DNA of 63,881 bases, filler included, from Octopus bimaculoides (lineage: Eukaryota), in the NCBI RefSeq assembly GCF_001194135.2. It is 5 parts of 5 records of this genome, joined end to end, with 100 filler letters (N's around TTAATTAATTAA, not from the genome) between each part and the next. Parts side by side here need not be neighbours in the genome. Positions count along the whole stretch, not along the records: positions 1 to 22,727 come from NC_068997.1; positions 22,828 to 33,630 come from NC_068996.1; 3 more parts are not named here. One strand, written 5' to 3'. This document shows positions 11,686 to 24,840 of this stretch, one piece after another (positions within the stretch are counted from its first letter, which is position 1; each line of letters opens with the position of its first letter). The notes beneath the pieces were generated by a model, which did not search any database, was not told the origin of the DNA, and saw only the letters and a program-made list of their open reading frames with translations. Both the position numbers and the translations under genes were made by a program.

Positions 11686-13124
11686 AATACACACACAAAC
11701 ATAGTATAGGTAGAAGCATGGTTAAACTAATGGACATTTAGCATTTCAAGCAGTGTATTTAAATCTTTTGTATAGTGGCATCTAGAAAGACATGGGTTCT
11801 GTGTAAGCTAACTTCACTTTACAAAGAGAAGGTCTTGAGTTGCTTTGCCTTAAAATGGAATGTTAACAGGATTTATAAGATATATAAATTATTACAAACA
11901 AGATATGGAGATTTTAGATGTTATCTATTACAAACAGAGAATTAAGTTTATTTCCTTGATTTATAAAATTTTGTAAATATCAGAACAGATAAAAAACAAA
12001 TTTCATGGATAGTTTTAAGCTCTATTCTTCATTACTAGCAATGCATACAAAATAATTTGAAAACATAAAATGATAGACTTATTATTTAAATGTAATCATT
12101 TGTTTACTTAAAAAATTTCAATGGAAGTATCAAAGACGAGGAGAGGAAGAATATTGTAATTCAACAGTTTCAGATGAGACTAAATTTCTATAAAGTGAAG
12201 ATTATTTTTGTAAAAATGGCCTATATTTTCTACTGGCATTGAACTGGATTAAAGAGTGTTAAAATATTTCTCAGTAAATTTTCTAAAAAGATAAACTAAA
12301 AGATAATTTTTACAGTTGAAACTAACTGAAAGGATAACATGAAAATTAAGTTTGATATGGAAATTTTTCTCACATGTCTGAAACTTAATTAATGGATAAA
12401 ATTATTATTAATAATCATTATTAATAATAATAATAAAATGAATGAAAAGCAAAGTAAAGTGTATAACAGTTTTGTAATGAAAGTTGAATGCTTTCATCAT
12501 TGAAAACTATTTTTGAAAATGTTGGAGTGTCATGACTAGGAAACCAACATTACTATTAGATCATTAGATTGTATCAGTACTCATAAAAATTGTTTTTGCT
12601 AGTCTAATTCTTGACATCTCTGACCATAGATTTCTGCATTCAGTCAGAAAGTTCCTTTCAAAAGCATTGGTCTGGACAAGTTTTTTTTCTTTGTGTGTGT
12701 GTGTGTGTTTGTATGGAAGATTAACACTTGCAGATTGATGAAGGTCTTTTTTTTTCATACATTCCACCAATGATGTCCCAAAGAAAAGCAAGATTGGTAC
12801 AGCTTTGCATCAGCCATAATGTAGGTGCTACCATTTAGAACTTAAAGAGCTGGAACAGAGAATGCAAGACATCCCATTAGAAGCTTTAACAGTTCCAAAG
12901 ACTTGAATTAAATCTTTTTTTTTTTTTTTAAGTGACTGAAATATAAAATTGGTTTAAAGTTGATCTGAGCAAGATTTGAAATCAAAGTGCAGACCATCAG
13001 AACAAATATCACTGCACGTTCTCTCCCGTGTTCTAGTAATTCTGCCAATTTGCTACTTTTGTCCAGCTATACTAACAACATCATCCCACCATTAACTATT
13101 ATTTTCATATAGTAACTTCAGAAA

Positions 13125-13450
13125 TCATTGTACAATATTCCTGTGAGACATGGACACTGACAGCAGAAATCGAAAGACGAATCCAGACTACAGAGATTTC
13201 AGGAGACTTCTAGGAATATCATACAGAGATTGTGTCACGAGTGAGGAAGTGAAAAAAAAAAAAAAAAATAAGGCAGGCAATAGGGCCCTATGCAGAGACA
13301 GAGAGAGAAAGAGGTGGCAAAGCAACACCTGTGAGTGGACAGATCTAAAGATGAGAGATGCAGTGCAAGAGGCAGAAGACAAAGACATTTGTAGGGATCT
13401 GGTTGCAAAGTCATCGGTAGTGCCCCAACGGTTAGCCAGACTACAGGATA
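13125..13450 (+). mobile_element. RTE-like LINE ORF 3' remnant
   Basis: CETWTLTAEIERRIQ...FRRLLGISYRDCVTSEEV matches the conserved post-RT YGCETW...LRRILGI motif. Confidence 0.75.
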
Positions 13451-13789
13451 TGTAGTGTAGTGTAGAGACTCCTATCTTCCATAGTTCTGGAATTAACCTA
13501 CAAATAATGAAGTTATTGAATGAAACCAACCTGAAATAAATAGAAAAATAAATAAATGGCATTATTAATTCAATATTAAGTTTAATTATTAATTAATAAA
13601 CTTATATATAAACAAAGACAGTACATAACAGCATTAGATCAGTTAAATGTACATAAATCATCTTCTACTACTACTACTACTACTATTACTACTACTACCA
13701 CCACCATCTGTCTTCTATGCTTGCATTCATTGGATAGATGGTTCAAAATGATCTGACTGGTTAGCAGACTGCATCATGTTCCAATGATT

Positions 13790-14555
13790 TGACTGAGGAC
13801 TGATGAACCGGATGGCTGCACCAGGCTCCACTCTGATCTGGCAGAGTTTCTACAGCTGGATGCCCTTCCTAACGCCAACCACTCTGAGAGTGTAGTGGGT
13901 GCTTTTATGTGCCACCGGCATGAGGGCCAGTCACACGGTACTGGCAACGGCCATGCTCAAAATGGTGTTTTTTACGTGCCACCTGTACAAGTGCAATAAG
14001 ATGACACTGGTAACGATCATGCTCAAATGGTGCTATTTACGTGCCACTAGCACGGAAGCCGGACACTGCTGTGGCAATAATCACGCTCGGACAGTGCCAG
14101 TAATCGAATATGGTTCAATTACGATTTCGATTTCACTTGCCCCAACAGGTCTTCGCAAGCAGAGTTTAGTGTTCAATGAAGGAGAGGTTGGCATGGGTGC
14201 TAGTCATCGAATTTGGTTCGATTTCAATTTCAAATTCAAATTCACTTGCCTCAACAGGTCTTCGCAAGCAGAGTTTAGTGTCCAATGAAGTAAAGATATG
14301 AATAAGTGAGCTGGCTACACTTCTGGCAGAGGCCACAGATTATGCTCTCTCTTGGCTTGACAGGTCTTCTCACGTACTGCATATCTCCAAAGGTTCCGGT
14401 CACTAGTCATTGCCTCGGCGAGGCCTAAAGTTCGAAGGTTATGCTTCACCACCTCATCTCAGGTCTTCCTGGGTCTACCTCTTCCACAGGTTCCCTCAAC
14501 CACTAGGGTGTGGCACTTTTTCACATAGCTATCCTCATCCATTCTTGCCACATGT
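13790..14555 (-). mobile_element. 5'-truncated RTE LINE (ORF end + 3'UTR)
   Basis: HVARMDEDSYVKKCHTLVVEGTCGRGRPRKT.DEVVKHNLRTLG...DRNLWRYAV, followed by the abundant 3'UTR family ending in (GAT)n. UTR/tail copies at about 2340, 8935, 15550, 20930, 21310, 22830, 24190, 25830, 33535 and 58890. Confidence 0.85.
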
Positions 14556-14571
14556 CTATCCCATATATGAG

Positions 14572-14612
<41 letters not shown>

Positions 14613-14869
14613 GTATGTGTTTATATATATATATATATATATATACATATATATATGTGTGTGTGTGTATATTACTATTTAGTAGAAGTGACAGTGATTC
14701 AAGGTCCAAAAGTTTCGTGCATTAGCATGGACTTCTTATTTCCACTAAATATTAATAAAAATATACATATACTCATATTTTAAGTTCTATTTTTCCTGTT
14801 TGCACCAACATACCAATATATATATATATATATATATATGATAATAATAATAATATAAGTAATATATAT

Positions 14870-14941
<72 letters not shown>

Positions 14942-15070
14942 GCATACATACATATACATGGATACACACATGTATAGATGCATACACACACATATATGCA
15001 CATGCATGCATACAAACACATGTATCATTAATCAACATTTTAACATCCAATTTATCCATGATTGCTCCGG

Positions 15071-15120
15071 TCAGACAATATTGCACCTTCCAGAGATATA
15101 GTCAAACAAAGTCGCAGCCA
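15071..15120 (-). CDS. Candidate terminal coding exon of gene 2 (LAATLFDYISGRCNIV*)
   Basis: Acceptor tatgctttag, phase-1 compatible, 169-nt intron. It would give about 121 aa and an even Cys count of 10. Alternative acceptors exist (13140, ~11611). Confidence 0.4.
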
Positions 15121-15289
15121 CTAAAGCATATTTATAGGTTCAAAAGGTTTAAGATTTTTTCTTTCTTTTTAACATTTAGCTGCTCTCATCTGTTTAGTTC
15201 CATAGAAATAGACCATAAGTAGGATCTAACCTTATAAACAATCTCAGAGAAAATTAGGAGGGTATGTTTTGGGTAAGAATATTACTTAC

Positions 15290-15366
15290 GTTCTGAGGTA
15301 CCAGAAGAATCTGGATTCAAATACACTGGGTTGTTCACATGTAGAACATTCACACTAGGTTGACAT
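15290..15366 (-). CDS. Gene 2 internal exon, counterpart of gene 1 exon 6062-6141
   Basis: tgtttttctag acceptor, starts A|TGT as in gene 1, 77 nt, phase 2-1, donor C|GTAAGT. Reads CQPSVNVLHVNNPVYLNPDSSGTSE. Confidence 0.72.
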
Positions 15367-16028
15367 CTAGAAAAACATTAAACAGGAAATACAAAAAGAG
15401 AAGTGAGTCTATCTTTTTGATTGGTACCTTCTTCCAGATCATGAAATAATCTCAAGAAATATTTGATGCAGTATTGGTTTGAAATTTTGGTACAGGGCCA
15501 ACAATTTTAGGAGGAAGATGCCTAAAATCAATCAAATCAACCCCTGTGCTCATCATCATCGTTTAACATCCACTTTCCATGCTGGCATGGGTTGGACGGT
15601 TTGACATGGAGTTGACCAGACTCCAATTGCCTCTTGTGGCATGGTTTCCACTGTTGGATGCCCTTCCTAAGAGTTTCTTATTTCTTTACTGCTCACAACA
15701 CCAACGTCCTCTCAACGATTAGCCAGAGATGATTTTTAAAATGGGAATATTTGAAATAAACTTGACTGCTCTTACAAACAAGAATACTAAAAATGAACCT
15801 GACTGCTCTCAAAAATTAAGTAAAAAAAAAACATGAAAAATAACCCAGAATCCTTGTGGAATTTAAATACACAATTGAAGAGCTAATATCATGAGCTTGT
15901 TTTGATCCTATTGCATCATATCTCCTGTCAAAGAACTCTGATGGCAGGAGGGGTTGCTTATGCAAAAAATAAAATAATATGTTTAAATGACAATATCATA
16001 TAGATTCAAAGTTATATACCTATCATAC

Positions 16029-16104
16029 TTGTTTGTGACAACAAAAGGAAAGTAAGTAGTTATTTTAAATGGGAAATATTCTTCAAACTTCCAATAACTG
16101 TGAT
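16029..16104 (-). CDS. Gene 2 internal exon, counterpart of gene 1 exon 4309-4381
   Basis: Poly-T + gcag acceptor. Starts ATCACAGT exactly as the gene 1 exon does; 76 nt, phase 1-2, donor AA|GTATGA. Reads (Y)HSYWKFEEYFPFKITTYFPFVVTN(K). Confidence 0.72.
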
Positions 16105-16149
16105 CTGCAAAAAAAAAAAAAAATAAATAATAATATGTGGTTAATTATA

Positions 16150-17070
16150 GGTAACACAGCCATTTCTATTAGATCCTATCTCAATAACAGATGACAGAGA
16201 CCTCATTATGTTGGCTGGGGACCTCATTTAACATGCTAGACAACATCACAATGATTACCCAAATGTCCATGGAAGCTATGCTAACAGTAAAAGAAATGAA
16301 GAGGGTGAAATGCTCTTGGAATTCTGTGATGAAAATGATATGACCGTTTGCAACACATAGTTAACAAGCCAGCCAACCATTTGATCATCTACCAATTAGG
16401 CAAACATGCAAACCAGGGACAGGTAGCTTTGAGAACTAAGTCTTTCCTCAGTGAAGAATGCACCATACAACATGAGACCAGCAACCAGTGACTTCAAGAT
16501 AACATGTATGAATTTAAGCATAGAAGACAAACTGAAGGAATGAATGGAAGCTGAAATGGTCACAATTCCTTATGTAAGTTCAAGAAAGTATCCGGTAATG
16601 TCTATGAGGAGAAACAAGACAACCAATTGAAAGTCACAACCCAGATGGAGCAAGGTTTAAACAAGTAAAGGGGAAACATAATGATGAAATAAAGTAGTAG
16701 GTAGAGCTTAAAAGCTAAGAAGCAGGTCTGGAGGAGTTGCAAGAAGGTGGAATGTAAAGAATTATAGAAGAGAAGCTAGACATCCAGTATACTCAACCTG
16801 GTAAGAAGTACAAAGTTGCTAATGTTTTGCATCTTAAGGATTAGAGGTGTGAAGTGCTCCAAATTGAGAATTAGTGTATCAGTGTTAATCAGGATGTCCT
16901 TGGTGAAAAAGTGCATGTGTGACAGTCAATAATAGTAGGGTACTCACCCTCATTGATGCCAAGAGGAAAGAAACATGGAAATGTTACAAGGGACTGCTGA
17001 ATGATGACAGTGTGTGGAAGAAAGAAGGTTAAGTAAGATACAACAAAGGGTCTAGCAACTACAGCTGACA
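16150..17070 (+). mobile_element. Decayed RTE-like LINE (AP-endonuclease region onward)
   Basis: DRDLIMLAGD...HGSYANSKRNEEGEMLLEFCDENDMTVCNT...NHLIIY with stops and frameshifts. Confidence 0.8.
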
Positions 17071-17502
17071 ACTATAGGATACAAAAAGACCTTTAACCTT
17101 TTAGTATTTAGATTTCTTTGTCAAATGTAAAGCTTATTTATTCAAATTGTTTTGAATTAATCATGGATTATCTTACAGTTTTGAGAATTTGGTGATGTGA
17201 TTGTTTACCTTTAAAAGGCCATAGATGTATGAGATTAGATCTAGCTAGCTTTTTTTTAATATATAAGACAGGGAGAATATTTGAGCAGGATATGGCCAGT
17301 TTAAATGCTAACGAGTTAATGATACATGTGAAGGCAAAGTAAACAGTAGGGCCATTGAGAATAGTTGCTGAGCTGCCAGAAGTATCTGGCATTGTAAGAT
17401 GTATGTTAATCATTTGGTTGTGGTTATTTAGTCACAGGTCAACTCTGATCCAACAAGCTGATAATCAGAGGAATTCCATCTATAACCTTTCTGTCAGTTT
17501 AA

Positions 17503-18125
17503 CCCTTTAGCATTTAAACCAGCTGAAGCTGGCCTAAATATTTTACTGCTTTTATGTTCAAACTGGCCAGATCCAGCCTCTCACACTTGTTCTACAATGT
17601 CATTCTAAAAACAAACAATACCATTGTAGTGACACCTATAGCAGACGACTGTTATATATTCAATGTCCGGAGTTTTATCCACGCATGCGCAGGGACTAGT
17701 TCCGGAAGGAATACAGGAAGAGTCTCATGCGCATGCGTAGAGTTCGACACCCAGCTTTGGCGCCTTTTCTCACTCTCTTCGTTCGCTGATCTCCGTCGAA
17801 CCTAGACGTCCCACAGAGCTCTCTCCAACATTCCAGCACTAGAGCTACACCAATAACCACGAACTTCATTGACGGCGTCTCAGTAACCAAAGACGACGAG
17901 CTACCGAATTCCACAGTAAATAAATATTGTTGTGTTGTTCAGAATCTGCGTTCCGTTGTTTCTTCAAGAAATTTAATGTACGGAAGCGGAGTACACCTAA
18001 TGGTGTATAACCACTTCCCAACACCATCATCAAAATTCTGAAGCTAGAAGATAATGCATGATTAATTCAAAAGAATGTGAATAACTAAGCATTACATTTG
18101 ACAGAATAACATGAATGCTAAAGGG
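17503..18125. mobile_element. piggyBac-type MITE (host of the solo LTR)
   Basis: TTAA|CCCTTTAGCATT ... AATGCTAAAGGG|TCAA. Related copies at about 6275-6410, 10918-11130, 17095-17320 and 28960-29127. Confidence 0.75.
17625..18023. mobile_element. Solo LTR (Gypsy-like, 4-bp TSD)
   Basis: TGT...ACA termini, CCAT duplicated at 17621-17624 and 18024-18027, CpG-rich interior. Removing it restores the MITE sequence seen in other copies. Confidence 0.8.
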
Positions 18126-18292
18126 TCAATGAATAACAGACTTGAAAGAAAAAAAAAAAAGGTACTAAGGTTGATTTGTTCAATTAAAACTATTTTAAGA
18201 TGGTGCTCCAGCATGGTCGTAGTCCAGTGTCTGAAACAAGTGAAGCATAAAAGGAAAAGATAATATGATGCAGTTTAATCTGTGATACTTAC

Positions 18293-18455
18293 ATATAACT
18301 TTAGAACAAAATTCACAACAGTTACATTGACTTTTCTGACAACTTTCTATCATCAAACACCTAGAACAATCCACAGGTTTATGACATGTGAAGCTAAAAC
18401 CAACTACAAAAGTAATCAATGCAGTAAGGACAGCGATGATTAGCATGTTCTTCAT
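18293..18455 (-). CDS. Gene 2 coding exon 1: signal peptide + 8-Cys IGFBP-like half domain (paralogue of 2081-2243)
   Basis: Acceptor ttttaatttacag before 18494, ATG at 18455. Encodes MKNMLIIAVLTALITFVVG|FSFTCHKPVDCSRCLMIESCQKSQCNCCEFCSKVI. Same 163-nt coding length and phase-1 GTAAGT donor as gene 1; about 25/55 aa identical by hand alignment. Confidence 0.88.
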
Positions 18456-21400
18456 GTTAAAGTCACTGTCTGCACACTGAAACTTACTCAATGTCTGTAA
18501 ATTAAAAAGAAAAATTTAAATAATTGCAAATATAAATCTCCTGCTTGATTAGGGTTTCAACAAATGCAAAAATTAAAACGAAATTAAAAGACACAGGAAA
18601 AACACAATATGATTGTGAGCATGAATGAAAACACACAGGAGATGTGTGTGCGTGCGTGCACACGCAAGCATGGCATGTGGTTAAGAAGTTTGCTTTGGAA
18701 CATGTTTAGAGTTTTAATCCCACTGCATGGACTGTCAGTTGTGGTCTTCTACTATAGCTGCATGTTGGCCAATACCTTGCAAACAAAGTTTGTGGGGGCA
18801 TCTGTAGTTACACCAGGGTAAGGGTAAAGACCTCCTTTGGTGATGAATGACCATGGAATTACACCTACAAAGTTATCCTCTGGGCAAGGTTGTTTATGGA
18901 AGACCAGCAGTCGCCCATGCATACCAGCCTCCCCTCTCTGATGTAATCCAGGGACTGGTCGGCAAACCTTTTACCTCCAGCTTCGATGACATCACACCTT
19001 GCTTGCCACCCAAAAATATAACTGGATGTTTAAACCGATATTCTAGAATATTCGTTTTATTAACATTAATGATTTCTGACTTGAACAAAAGACGGTAAGG
19101 GTGTAAACAAATGATACAATCGACTGAATTAAACCATAGCTCTTTGCTGGTACTTAACTGGTGGCCTTTAGCAGGATATAATGCGAAATCAAACACCGAA
19201 ATTTGAAACCAGGAACCATAGAAGACCGGAAGTAAATACTTCCAGGTTTTTAGTTACAGACGCTCTACATTTATTTGAACATTTCTGATGCCGCCGTTGT
19301 TAATTTAATTAAAAAAGTTGACGAACTTGAATAAGTATAACAATTATTTCTACGGTTAATTAACTATAAGTCTTCTTGGGTGAGGTGGATCTGATACAAA
19401 GCAGCAGGGTGGGGAGCAGAAAACCATAGTTTTTAATCCATTATATTTGCTGACATGTACTTAAGAAATCATGGGGTAGACAGACATTGAATCTTGGTGT
19501 TAAGCTACATGGCTATAATTCCATGACATAAATATATAGAGGGGCATGTAAATAGATACAGATATGAGTATGTGTGTGTGTAAAGATAAAAGAAATCATG
19601 TAAAAAATAAAATAAAACAGATATTTAGAAATGGGAATGTACAATATGTATACGTATTTATGTGTGCATGTGCGTGTGTTTTCCCAGTTTCACACTATTT
19701 AATAAGCTAAAAGGATGAATTTTTCAAGAAATCTTTTCAGAAATAAGAATTTTGAAATTATGATAAGAACGTATAGAAAAGTGAAAAATTCCACTCACGA
19801 CGAAATAAACCTTGTTTGTAAACAAACATTTGCAACGACGCGTGTCAAATGGAACGCCTTTAGGTTTTTCCGGCGTTAATGAGAGCAGAATTATCACAAT
19901 CTATTAAAGTGTTACGTAGAATTTTCAAAAAGTGGCAAATTGTGTAAAAAATAGTCCAAAATGAAACTTTTACAATTAAATTTGGATCTAGTTAGTTTCA
20001 TTCGCAAAATAAGCCCCCTTTAATTTTGCTCAGATTGCTTTCAATTTAGATGTATCGATGTAACACTGAATTTTGGTAACGATCAACCAATTACTTTATC
20101 TCGTAAATTAAAGCATCTGATGTTAGGAATTAAAGTTGGAAAATTTTGGGTAATTTTAACCAATCAACAGACAGCGTGGCATTAGCAGCTTGTTACCATG
20201 ACATTCGCTGTGTTGTGTTTCACTTTACCCGTGTCTGTGCCGCACGTTGTTCTGTGTTGATATCGTGGAACAGAGAAACTGTGGGTGATACAGATAAATG
20301 TCACATTGTTTTTGAATTTTGCATGCAAAAACATATAGGATACGAGTATTCTTTTCCTTGGGACAAATTCTTTGTTGACAGGTGTTATTCTTATCATAGT
20401 TTACAAATCCAAGCATGAAAACGTTATTCAACTTTGGTGTTCTGGAGACAGACACCCTCTTTTCACACACAAACACACGCACTTATATATTAATGATGTA
20501 CACACAAATACATGACAAGTATACATAATACTGAAATATGCATAAAGTAAACACAAGCAGACAAATATATTAATATAACAATTTTTTTTTAAATAATAAA
20601 AATATACAATCAATGAAGAGACAAAAGAAACAGTAAAATGATACATGTTGATTTTATTAGGTATTTCTGTTTATTAAGAAACCTACAATGAACAGGTCCC
20701 GCTATCTAGGTGACCAAGTTAGTAGTGGTTATAACTTTTGTTGTTCTCTTTAATATGTCCATAGATTATGCCTCCAAACAAGACAGCTTGCTGTATAGAG
20801 ATAAGTTGTGTTTAACAGAGATGTCTCTGGTGTGTTAGCAGTAAATGAATGAATGCATGAAGACATACATTGGTTGTGCTTAGTGTATGTAGGAAAAGGC
20901 TTGATAGAAGTGTTTCTAGTAAGCATGAGATAACGACATTGAGTTTGGTCTATACTTGGTACAGCTCTGGTCAAACCATCCAACCCATGCCAGCATAGAA
21001 AATGGATGTTAAGGGCTGCTGCTGGTGATGATGATGATGATTATGATGTCTTTTGCTGATGTCCACATCTTGATATTATTTTCTCTGAACCAATTTTTAA
21101 ATTCTAATTCATCTGCAAAAAAAAATTAAAAAACAGGTTTTTTTCACATGTCTGAAACAGCTGTAGTGAACCTTAACCTATTTGTGTGTGTAGCCGAATT
21201 TGAACTCAGAGCATAAAAACAGATGAAATGCCACTAAGTATTTTGTCCGACATGCTGATGGTTCTGCTAGCTCATCACTGCTGCAATGACAAAATAATCC
21301 TTTATTAGGAAGGGCATCCAGCCATAGAAACCATGCCAAATCAGACTGGAACCTGGTGCAGCTCTCTAGTTTACCAGTTCCAGTCAATCTGTCTAACCCA

Positions 21401-22259
21401 TGCCAGCATGGAAAATGGATGCTAAATGATGATAATGATGATGACAATGATGATATAATAGTAGTGTGAAATATATTAAAATACTCACAACACATGCAGA
21501 AAAATCTATTCACAAATGTAGTTCTTTTCTGAGCAACATAATTTCATTCTGATGTCAGTGGCTATAATTTTATATGCCAAATATAAACAGACGTCAAGGT
21601 ACATTGAACAGTGACAGTGACCTAAATAAAAATTTTCCTTCTGGAAATAAAAAAAAAGAAGAGGTAATAAAAAAAGCAATAATAATAATATTAACAGTTG
21701 AAATTTTAATGTAAATAAAATTAGATGAAAACTGAAAGAAACCTGCAGGAATGGCAATAGGCACAGGCATAGCTGTGTGGTTAAGAAGCTTGGTTTGCAA
21801 CCACGTGGTTACAGGTTCAGTTCCTCTGTGTCCTCTACTATAGCTCTGGACCTCCCAATGCTTTGTGTGTGAATTTAGTAGATGAGAACTGTGTGGAAGT
21901 TCATTGTGTAAACACACATACAAGTACATACAACACACATGTATGTGTGTGTGTCTTTGTGTTTGGCTTGCAGCCAGTCCTTGAGAAATGATGTTGGTTT
22001 GTTTACATCCCTGTAACCTAGTGGTTTGGTAAAAGCAACTGATGAAATAAGTACTGAGATTAATTCTTTTACTTGTTTCAGTCATTTGACTGCAGCCATG
22101 CTGGAGCACCATCTTGAAGGGCTTTTGTTGAACAAATCGACCCCTGGGCTTATTTTTAAGTCTAATACTTATTCTATCACTCTCTTTTGCCAAACCATTA
22201 AGATACAAGGATATAAATACACAAAACACTGGTTGTCAAGCAGTGATGGGAGGGACAAA

Positions 22260-22722
<463 letters not shown>

Positions 22723-22771
22723 CTTTTNNNNNNNNNNNNNNNNNNNNNNNNNNNNNNNNNNNNNNNNNNNN

Positions 22772-22783
22772 TTAATTAATTAA
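22772..22783. other. Assembly linker TTAATTAATTAA inside N gap (artefact)
   Basis: The identical 12-mer is embedded in N-runs here and at 33675-33686, 57587-57598 and 62664-62675. It carries stops in all six frames. Confidence 0.9.
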
Positions 22784-23666
22784 NNNNNNNNNNNNNNNNN
22801 NNNNNNNNNNNNNNNNNNNNNNNNNNNTGTGCGGGTGGCACATAAAAGACACCATTTCGAGCGTGGCCGTTTTCGTGCGGGTGACACGTAAAAGCACCCA
22901 CTACACTCTCTGAGTGGTTGGCGTTAGGAAGGGCATCCAGCTGTAGAAACTCTGCCAAATCAGACTGGAGCCTGGTGTTGCCATCCGGTTTCACCAGTCC
23001 TCAGTCAAATCGTCCAACCCATGCTAGCATGGAAAGCGGACGTTAAACGATGATGATGATCATCATCATCATCATTGTTGTTGTTACTGTTATTTTACTT
23101 CTCAGAACGTTCAGTCTTGTTTGTTCTGCCAGCTTCTGTGAGAACGAACAGCAGCCTATTGACAGACGTCTCACAAGGTCTCTTTCCGCACATTATAAGC
23201 TTTAATACTTGGTTGTTAATTATCATGGGAGACATTCAACATCCAAGTACCAATCTCCAAATCCTAGCTGTCCGCAACAGAGCAGTTTTTTGGGGGCTTG
23301 CTCTGCTCTTATGAATGGGTCACCCTTCATTATCAGTGGGTCTACTCAAAAAATAACATTCCATTCATTGTCTTAGTCCATTTAATTCTAGCAGCCATAT
23401 AATGATGACTGGGACTGGGCTGTTCACCCCCAGGACACCTGCCGAGGTCCTCATTTATACCATTGTTTGTGTTAATTCTCTTAATAATTCCTTTCGTGCA
23501 GAGGAAAGTGTTGATGAGGTGTAACAACCACCAGTATTTTTATTGAGACACCATCTCTAGAGGGGTTTGTCTAAAACGATTCAAAGAGGCCCTTTTCCTT
23601 TAGAAGTGTAAGTATGTTATCCTGCATTGGACACTAAACCCAGTATCTAGTGCTCCACAACTGGTG

Positions 23667-23667
<1 letters not shown>

Positions 23668-23707
<40 letters not shown>

Positions 23708-23720
23708 CATTATTATTATT

Positions 23721-23783
<63 letters not shown>
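23668..23783. repeat. (ATT)n-(GTT)n compound trinucleotide repeat
   Basis: Direct read. Confidence 0.95.
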
Positions 23784-24409
23784 ATCAAGGCAGCAAGCTG
23801 GCTGAATTGTTAGCAAGCAGGGCAAAATACCGAGGTGTTTTGTCCATCATCATATTCTGAGTTCACATTCTGCCAAGGTTGACTTTGCCTTTCATCCTTT
23901 CACGGTTGATGAAATAAAAACTAGTTAAGTACTGTAGTCAATGTAACTGACTAGTCCTCTACCCAACAAATTTCAGGCCCTGTGCCTATAGCAGAAAAAA
24001 TTAGTATCATTATTATTATTAAGCCCTCAGCCAGCTGGACACTGATAAGTGGAATGTCCACTTTAGCTTTCTATAGAGGATTAGTGGAGAGAAAGTGCAA
24101 TGACATTCTTGGGGAGACTTTTGGCATTGAAGAAAGTCAGCTAGCTGCTTTTTTCCAGAGAACTTTCAGCTCAGGACCAATGGATTGTCATTCGTCGTTT
24201 AAGTCCGCTTTCCATGCTAGCATTTGTTGGAAGATTTGACTGAGGATTGGCGAACCAGATGGCTGCACCAGGCTCCAATCTGATCTGGCAGAGTTTCTAC
24301 AGCTGGATGCCCTTCCAAACGCCAACCACTCTGAGAGTGTAGTGGGTGCTTTTATGTGCCACCGGCACGAGGGCCAGTCAGGCGGTACTGGCAACAGCCA
24401 CGCTCAAAA

Positions 24410-24840
24410 TGGCATTGTTGACTTGTGGGTTTACGATGTACACTTGCTGTTGCATGTGAGATGGATCTGGCTTTCAACTGAATCCATTGTGAAGACTGCC
24501 TCATTGCATTCCATTAACTGGGAAGAGCAGGCTGTGTTTATATGTCTGATGGCCATGATAAAAGAGATTATGTGGTGGATGAGACTAAAGGGGCTGAAGA
24601 CAAACATTTTTTTTCTTTGGCCAATCCCTGATCAACTTCTTCGAGTTTCACTTGAAGAGGAGAATAAGGGTAGAAAGGGAAGTGTTGCCTTCTATCCAGT
24701 TTGCTGAAAGGTGGGTGAAAGGTTTGAGTGAACAGGCCAGTACTGACCATATACTTGTAATTAGAGAAAAGGAAAGGGAAAAAGGCATCTGCCCCAAAAG
24801 TCAGGGCACCCATGGTTTTTATGAGATTTTTCCATGAGTA
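24410..24840 (+). mobile_element. Tx1/L1-clade LINE ORF2 C-terminal remnant
   Basis: KEIMWWMRLKGLKT / FFGQSLINFFEFHLKRRIRVEREVL..FAERWV; similar to 62290-62620. Confidence 0.6.

Noticed and set aside
13118-13140. Alternative terminal exon for gene 2 (RILYNDF*)
   Set aside because: The acceptor falls within an antisense RTE relic (CETW motif) and would leave an odd Cys count. Not excluded, but less favoured.
14787-14815. CWC motif as a TY exon of gene 2
   Set aside because: It lies in a dispersed repeat also seen at about 32615-32660 and abuts (TA)n; there is no QC or GxY context.
22772-22783. Recurrent TTAATTAATTAA palindrome as a biological motif
   Set aside because: It is always embedded in N-runs, so it is a scaffolding linker.
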